This document shows, piece after piece, positions 59,595-64,000 of a stretch of 64,000 bases of DNA (within the stretch, counting starts at the first letter, position 1; each line of letters begins with the position of its first letter). The position numbers were made by a program, and so were the translations under genes. Source of the DNA: Candidatus Poribacteria bacterium (GTDB lineage Bacteria; Poribacteria; WGA-4E; PCPOR2b). The notes beneath the pieces were generated by a model. That model saw nothing but the letters and a program-made list of their open reading frames with translations. It ran no database searches and had not been told where the DNA came from. Where the stretch lies: the NCBI GenBank assembly GCA_965208675.1, contig OZ242351.1, positions 4,704,001 through 4,768,000 on the forward strand, in the 5' to 3' direction.

Positions 59595-61829
59595 CTACTT
59601 GACAATCACCATCCGGCGTGACGCGGTGTAATCTCCCGCACTGAGTTGATAGTAATAGGTGCCGCTTGTGACGGGTTCTCCGTTTTGGTTGCGGCCGTCC
59701 CAATATGCGGCGCTTGCTCTGTCTCGGTATCCTCCCGACTTTTTACGTCCAATGTCGAGGATACGGACGATATGACCGCCCTGGTCATAGATGCTCAAGG
59801 TCACGAGCGCATCGTTCGCCAACTGATACGGTATCCAAGTTTCGGGGTTGAACGGATTCGGATAATTCTGCAGTAGGGCTGTGCGTTTGATGCGTCCAAG
59901 TGTAGTAGTCCGTATTGTCAGCGGCTTTACGCCTAATTCGATTGAAAAGTCCACTTCCCACAGCACGACCGTACCGTCCCTACTCCCACTTGCAAGTTTG
60001 CGTCCATCGGGACTGAAACCTACGCTAGAAACTACCCAGGTATGCGCGACGGGCATTTGTAAGTGTTTTCCGGTTTTAATGTCCCACAGCCGAATGGCGT
60101 AATCCAAACTCCAGCCTCCACCCGCACTTGCGAGCGTGCGTCCATCGGCGCTGAAGGCGAGGCTATTGATTGATTCGATATGCCCGAGGAGTTTTCGCAT
60201 AAATACTCCTGTGTTGGTATGCCACAGACGGATGGTTCTGTCCGAACCTCCACTAGCGATGATGCTGCCATCGGGGCTAAACGCAACGCTATTGACGTGA
60301 TTAGTATGTCCGTTGAGGGTTCGCAGATGTTTTCCCGTATCGGCGTCCCACAATCGGATGGTATGGTCCCCACTCCCACTAGCGATGATGCTGCCATCTG
60401 GGCTGAACGCAACACTATTGACTTGTTTAATATGCCCGTTGAGAGTTCGCACGTGTTTTCCCGTGTCGGCGTCCCACAATCGGATGGTTTGGTCCCAACT
60501 CCCACTGACGATTGTGCTCCCGTCAGGACTAAACGCAACGCTGGTTACCGTTTTCGTATGCCCTTTGAGCATTCGCAGGTGCCTTCCCGTATCGGTGTGC
60601 CACAGACGGATGGAATTGTCGCCGTTTCCACTGGCAATGGTGCTGCCATCGGGACTGAAAGCAATGCTATTGACCGAGAACTGGTGTCCGTTGAGGGTTC
60701 GCAGATGTTTTCCCGTATCCGCGTCCGTCAAACGAATGGTATTGTAGTTACCACCGCTCGCCATGATGTCGCTGTCTGGACTGAACGCAACACTATAAAC
60801 CTGAGTCGTATAGCCGGTTATTGTTTGCAGGTGTTTTCCCGAATTGGCGACCCACAATCGGATGGAATTGTCCCAACTCCCACTAGCGATTGTGGCATCG
60901 TCGGGACTGAACGCGACGCTCTGTACGCCATCCAAATGCCCTTCAAGTGTATGCAGGTGATTTCCGGTATCGGCGTCCCACAGCCGGATGGAATTGTCCC
61001 GACTCCCGCTGGCGATAATGCCGCCATTATGACTGAACACAACACTTTTGACCAAAGACGTATGCCCTTTTAGTGTATGCAGGTGTTTTCCGGTATCGGC
61101 GTTCCACAGTCGAATGGTGTTGTCTCCGCTACCACTAGCGATGGTTTTGCCATTGGGGTTGAACGCTACACTTTCTATCCATTCCGTATGTCCCTTCAGG
61201 GTTCGCAGGTGTTTCCCCGTACCAGCCTCCCATATACGGACGTAATCGTGCCCGGTTGCACCAGCGATGGTGCTGCCATCGGGGCTGAACGCAACGCTTC
61301 CTGCACCAACGCTCCAGTTTTCACCCATATGCCCCTCAAGCCTTCGCAGGGGATTTCCTGTATCGGCGTCCCATATTCGGACGGTGCGGTCTCCACCGCT
61401 CGCGCTAGCGATGGTGTTGCCATCGGGGCTGAACGCAACGCTAAAGACCCAATCCCCATGCCCGGTGAGTGTTTGCATGTGATTTCCCGAATCGGCGTCC
61501 CACAGGCGGATGGTATAGTCTCGACTCGCGCTGGCAAGGATCTCACCATTCGGACTGAAGGCGAGGCTAGTGACAAAACCTGTATGACCGGTGAGCAGGG
61601 CGATTTCCTGATGAGTCGCCGTATCGTAAAGCCAAATACCAATACTGCTAGCCACCGCAAGTCGAGTGCCGTCGGGTGAATACTGTATTTCCCCTATGCT
61701 CCCCTTACCGATGCGCGTTTTTGCGCCCTCGGGCAGACCCCATTGCGGTGAATCTTGGGCAAAGCTGTGCGGTAGACATAGAGCGGAGACGAATAATAGG
61801 CTAAGCTTCAGCACCTTCGCTTTTTTCAT
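59595..61829 (-). CDS. Secreted WD40-repeat protein with FlgD-Ig/T9SS-like C-terminal domain
   Basis: About 13 GH..V.SVAFSPDG..IASGS.D.TIRLWD repeats; ALLQNYPNPFNPETWIPYQL...WDGRN. Confidence 0.9.
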   Translation of the reverse strand: MKKAKVLKLSLLFVSALCLPHSFAQDSPQWGLPEGAKTRIGKGSIGEIQYSPDGTRLAVASSIGIWLYDTATHQEIALLTGHTGFVTSLAFSPNGEILASASRDYTIRLWDADSGNHMQTLTGHGDWVFSVAFSPDGNTIASASGGDRTVRIWDADTGNPLRRLEGHMGENWSVGAGSVAFSPDGSTIAGATGHDYVRIWEAGTGKHLRTLKGHTEWIESVAFNPNGKTIASGSGDNTIRLWNADTGKHLHTLKGHTSLVKSVVFSHNGGIIASGSRDNSIRLWDADTGNHLHTLEGHLDGVQSVAFSPDDATIASGSWDNSIRLWVANSGKHLQTITGYTTQVYSVAFSPDSDIMASGGNYNTIRLTDADTGKHLRTLNGHQFSVNSIAFSPDGSTIASGNGDNSIRLWHTDTGRHLRMLKGHTKTVTSVAFSPDGSTIVSGSWDQTIRLWDADTGKHVRTLNGHIKQVNSVAFSPDGSIIASGSGDHTIRLWDADTGKHLRTLNGHTNHVNSVAFSPDGSIIASGGSDRTIRLWHTNTGVFMRKLLGHIESINSLAFSADGRTLASAGGGWSLDYAIRLWDIKTGKHLQMPVAHTWVVSSVGFSPDGRKLASGSRDGTVVLWEVDFSIELGVKPLTIRTTTLGRIKRTALLQNYPNPFNPETWIPYQLANDALVTLSIYDQGGHIVRILDIGRKKSGGYRDRASAAYWDGRNQNGEPVTSGTYYYQLSAGDYTASRRMVIVK

Positions 61830-62612
61830 CGGATAATCCTCCATATTCGCGTTCGGCAGCTAATTTCCTAAACTTTAAATTTGGGGCACGACTTTGAGTT
61901 TAGTGATTGTTGGAAAATGAGAAAATTATGCGAACGTTTTTTGATTGCGCCATCTCATTCGGACAGCTAATTCTTAACCAAAGGATAAAGAGAAAATGTG
62001 TACATAAAACATCATTTTTGCGATTCGCCAAATCCTCAATGGCTGCAGTCATCAAGAACATCTTTGTGAATAAATTAGCAAATTCTGTGCCATTTGTGCA
62101 AAAAGAGAACTTTTCAGGCGGTTTAAGCGTAGGCCATTACTAGAGATGAAGAATCGGAATTGGCAATGTAGCGAAATGCTGACAGCACCGTGTCAATTAC
62201 GCTACACCGTTGTTCACATATTCACAAGAATTGCCGACTGCGAAATAAAACCGGCGAAGATTAAAATTGGCGCACTAGTAATGGAAACCAGTTGCCTTCA
62301 ACTGCGGGGAAATTGATTGAGCAACGGTTGAGTATTGAGCAGACTGAAACGGGCCAATTGAACGCTGTAGACGTGAACCCTTGTCCGAAATGAAGTGGAC
62401 ATAACGCAACCAAGACTATTTCAAAACCTGGCACTTGGTGCAATTCTCGCCGAATGAATACGAATTAAACTCTTCTAATCGAATCCGTGGGGATGAGACA
62501 CTCGAAGAAATAACGCGAGAATCATAATGAGGAAACCCGGTAGGTATAAGTTATAGAATTGTTCCTATGCATCGCTATGGGATTTTGTAAGCGCCTTACA
62601 ATTCCGCGTCGA

Positions 62613-63599
62613 TCAATGGGTATTTTTTATTGCCGCCCATAGCATCAATAATTGCTTCTTTGGAGAAACCGCCAATGGATTCGGCGGCCATGCAGGGCTA
62701 TTATCGACCGCCGGGTGTTGGGTGAGATTGGTGGGATTACCGCCGTCATCGTCCATAACATAAATCTCCCAGTTCCCATCACGCACTGACGCAAATGCAA
62801 TTTTACGCCCGTCCGGAGACCAGCAGGGTGCACTATCTTTTGCAGGGTCTCTAGTGAGCCGGTCAGGATTTTTTCCGTCAGCGTCCATGACATAAATCTC
62901 CCCGTTTCCATCGCGCTTTGACGAAAATGCAATTTTACGCCCGTTTGGCGACCAGCTAGGACTGACATCCCAGCCGCGGGATTCCGTAAGTTGAACCACG
63001 GGCGGATGTTTGCCACTTGCGTCCATAGTAAATATCTCAAGATCTCTGAATCCAGCGCGCCATGACGTGAAGGCGATTTTCCGTCCATCCGGAGACCAGC
63101 TAGGATCGCGGTCGAACCCACGGTTTAGCGGAAACCGGAAGCGGTTCTTTCCGTCAGGGTGCATAACGTATAATTCTAAACCTCCAAGCCCCCCAACCCC
63201 ATACTCAAAGGCGATTTTCCGCCCGTCCGGAGACCAACTGGGATCGACGTCCAAAAACCGGTTAAACGTAAGCCGAACAGGATTGTTGCCGTCAGCATTC
63301 ATTACGTAGATTTCAGGATTGTTCCCGTCGCGTTCCGCCTGAAATGCGATTCTCGTCCTATCTGGAGACCAAGCAGGGGCCTGATCGTGTGACAATGGAT
63401 TATTCGAAAGATTGCGTACCTGTGACCCATTCGGTTTCATTACAAAGATGTCACGATTTCCACCGGGGTTGTCACGGTCTGATGAAAAGGCAATCATTGA
63501 GTCTAGGGATTGGGCTTGATTGACCGACATGAGGACAAAGCCCATTACCACAATTAGGCTGCGCAAAAACACGATTCGGTTCAATTGCACCGTTTTCAT
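62613..63599 (-). CDS. TolB-like PD40 repeat secreted protein (paralogue of 58672-59511)
   Basis: PSWSPDGRKIAF repeats; tail LAVSPKKQLLMLWAAIK. Confidence 0.88.
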   Translation of the reverse strand: MKTVQLNRIVFLRSLIVVMGFVLMSVNQAQSLDSMIAFSSDRDNPGGNRDIFVMKPNGSQVRNLSNNPLSHDQAPAWSPDRTRIAFQAERDGNNPEIYVMNADGNNPVRLTFNRFLDVDPSWSPDGRKIAFEYGVGGLGGLELYVMHPDGKNRFRFPLNRGFDRDPSWSPDGRKIAFTSWRAGFRDLEIFTMDASGKHPPVVQLTESRGWDVSPSWSPNGRKIAFSSKRDGNGEIYVMDADGKNPDRLTRDPAKDSAPCWSPDGRKIAFASVRDGNWEIYVMDDDGGNPTNLTQHPAVDNSPAWPPNPLAVSPKKQLLMLWAAIKNTH

Positions 63600-64000
63600 T
63601 GACAGATTCCTCCTTTATCATGAAAAGCAAAATGCCGCCGGTTGTTTTTTCACCCGATAGTTTGCTGGAATTCTGGTTTTGCGTATGGTGCGAAAAGGGT
63701 TGCTGAATAACTTCGGATTAGATATACTATAGCACTCAAGCGAACTTAGGTCAACGTCCGACCGCTCGGCGGAAAATATGTGCAAGTCAGTTCGATACGC
63801 ATGTAAAACCCGTGCCGGAACGATTAATGCAACAATTCCCCAAGGGCATATCGGTAAACGCAAGGCATACCACAAGCGGCTTTCAGGACGGTCGTACGAA
63901 CATTCCTAATTCTTTATCACGTCAATGGAACACGGAGAAGAACAGAGATGGGAGGCGCAATACAGGTTCTCGCAGGCAGCCTTTTGTTAAGCGTTGTTCA

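Noticed and set aside
60180-61679. Long repetitive antisense ORFs over the WD40 gene
   Set aside because: By-products of the WD40 repeat periodicity.
61900-62600. Gene remnant between the WD40 and PD40 genes (also 58300-58670)
   Set aside because: No recognisable motif in the short ORFs.
63630-63712. c-di-GMP-I riboswitch-like words (GCAAC...ACGCAAAACC...CCGG) upstream of the PD40 gene on the minus strand
   Set aside because: The GNRA-capped stem cannot be formed. An Rfam cmsearch would be needed to support it.

Overview
Bacterial chromosomal window of about 50% GC by eye. Several traits suggest Candidatus Poribacteria or a relative (inference only): WD40/PD40 proteins with C-terminal AVxPxxKLxxxWxxIK and ALLQNYPNPFNPETWIPYQL tails, ECF sigma factors with fused extensions, and abundant palindromic intergenic repeats. 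Layout: (1) 1-6.8 kb: dual ABC ATPase (partial), B12 radical SAM, Omp85 and an FGE-domain gene. (2) An IS3-family element inserted into a host palindromic repeat. (3) A minus-strand defence-like island, about 10.8-30.7 kb. In it an m6A methyltransferase-TRD gene (split by one TAA) and a PLD-SF2 helicase are separated by about 7 kb of modules: FRG-TPR, BrnT plus antitoxin-like-TPR, GxxExxY, carbonic anhydrase and a dead GxxExxY. Each junction carries a TGTCTGAATCGCGGAT repeat. The island also has an AlbA_2/ParA/AAA_21 operon and MazEF. (4) An ElbD-like FAR-adenylation-ACP-acyltransferase with a HAD hydrolase and, nearby, a Zn-dehydrogenase/LarA-like pair (putative ether-lipid pathway), interleaved with folB, ppiD-like and SMP-30 genes, then ino1. 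(5) 52-64 kb: two ECF sigma fusion genes that share a 204-bp near-identical block with an internal AGGAGG-ATG start, plus secreted beta-propeller paralogues. The best candidate for a new system is the GxxExxY-associated, repeat-delimited cassette stack. Other candidates are the swappable-head TPR scaffolds and the dual-start ECF fusions. No rRNA, tRNA or CRISPR array was seen.
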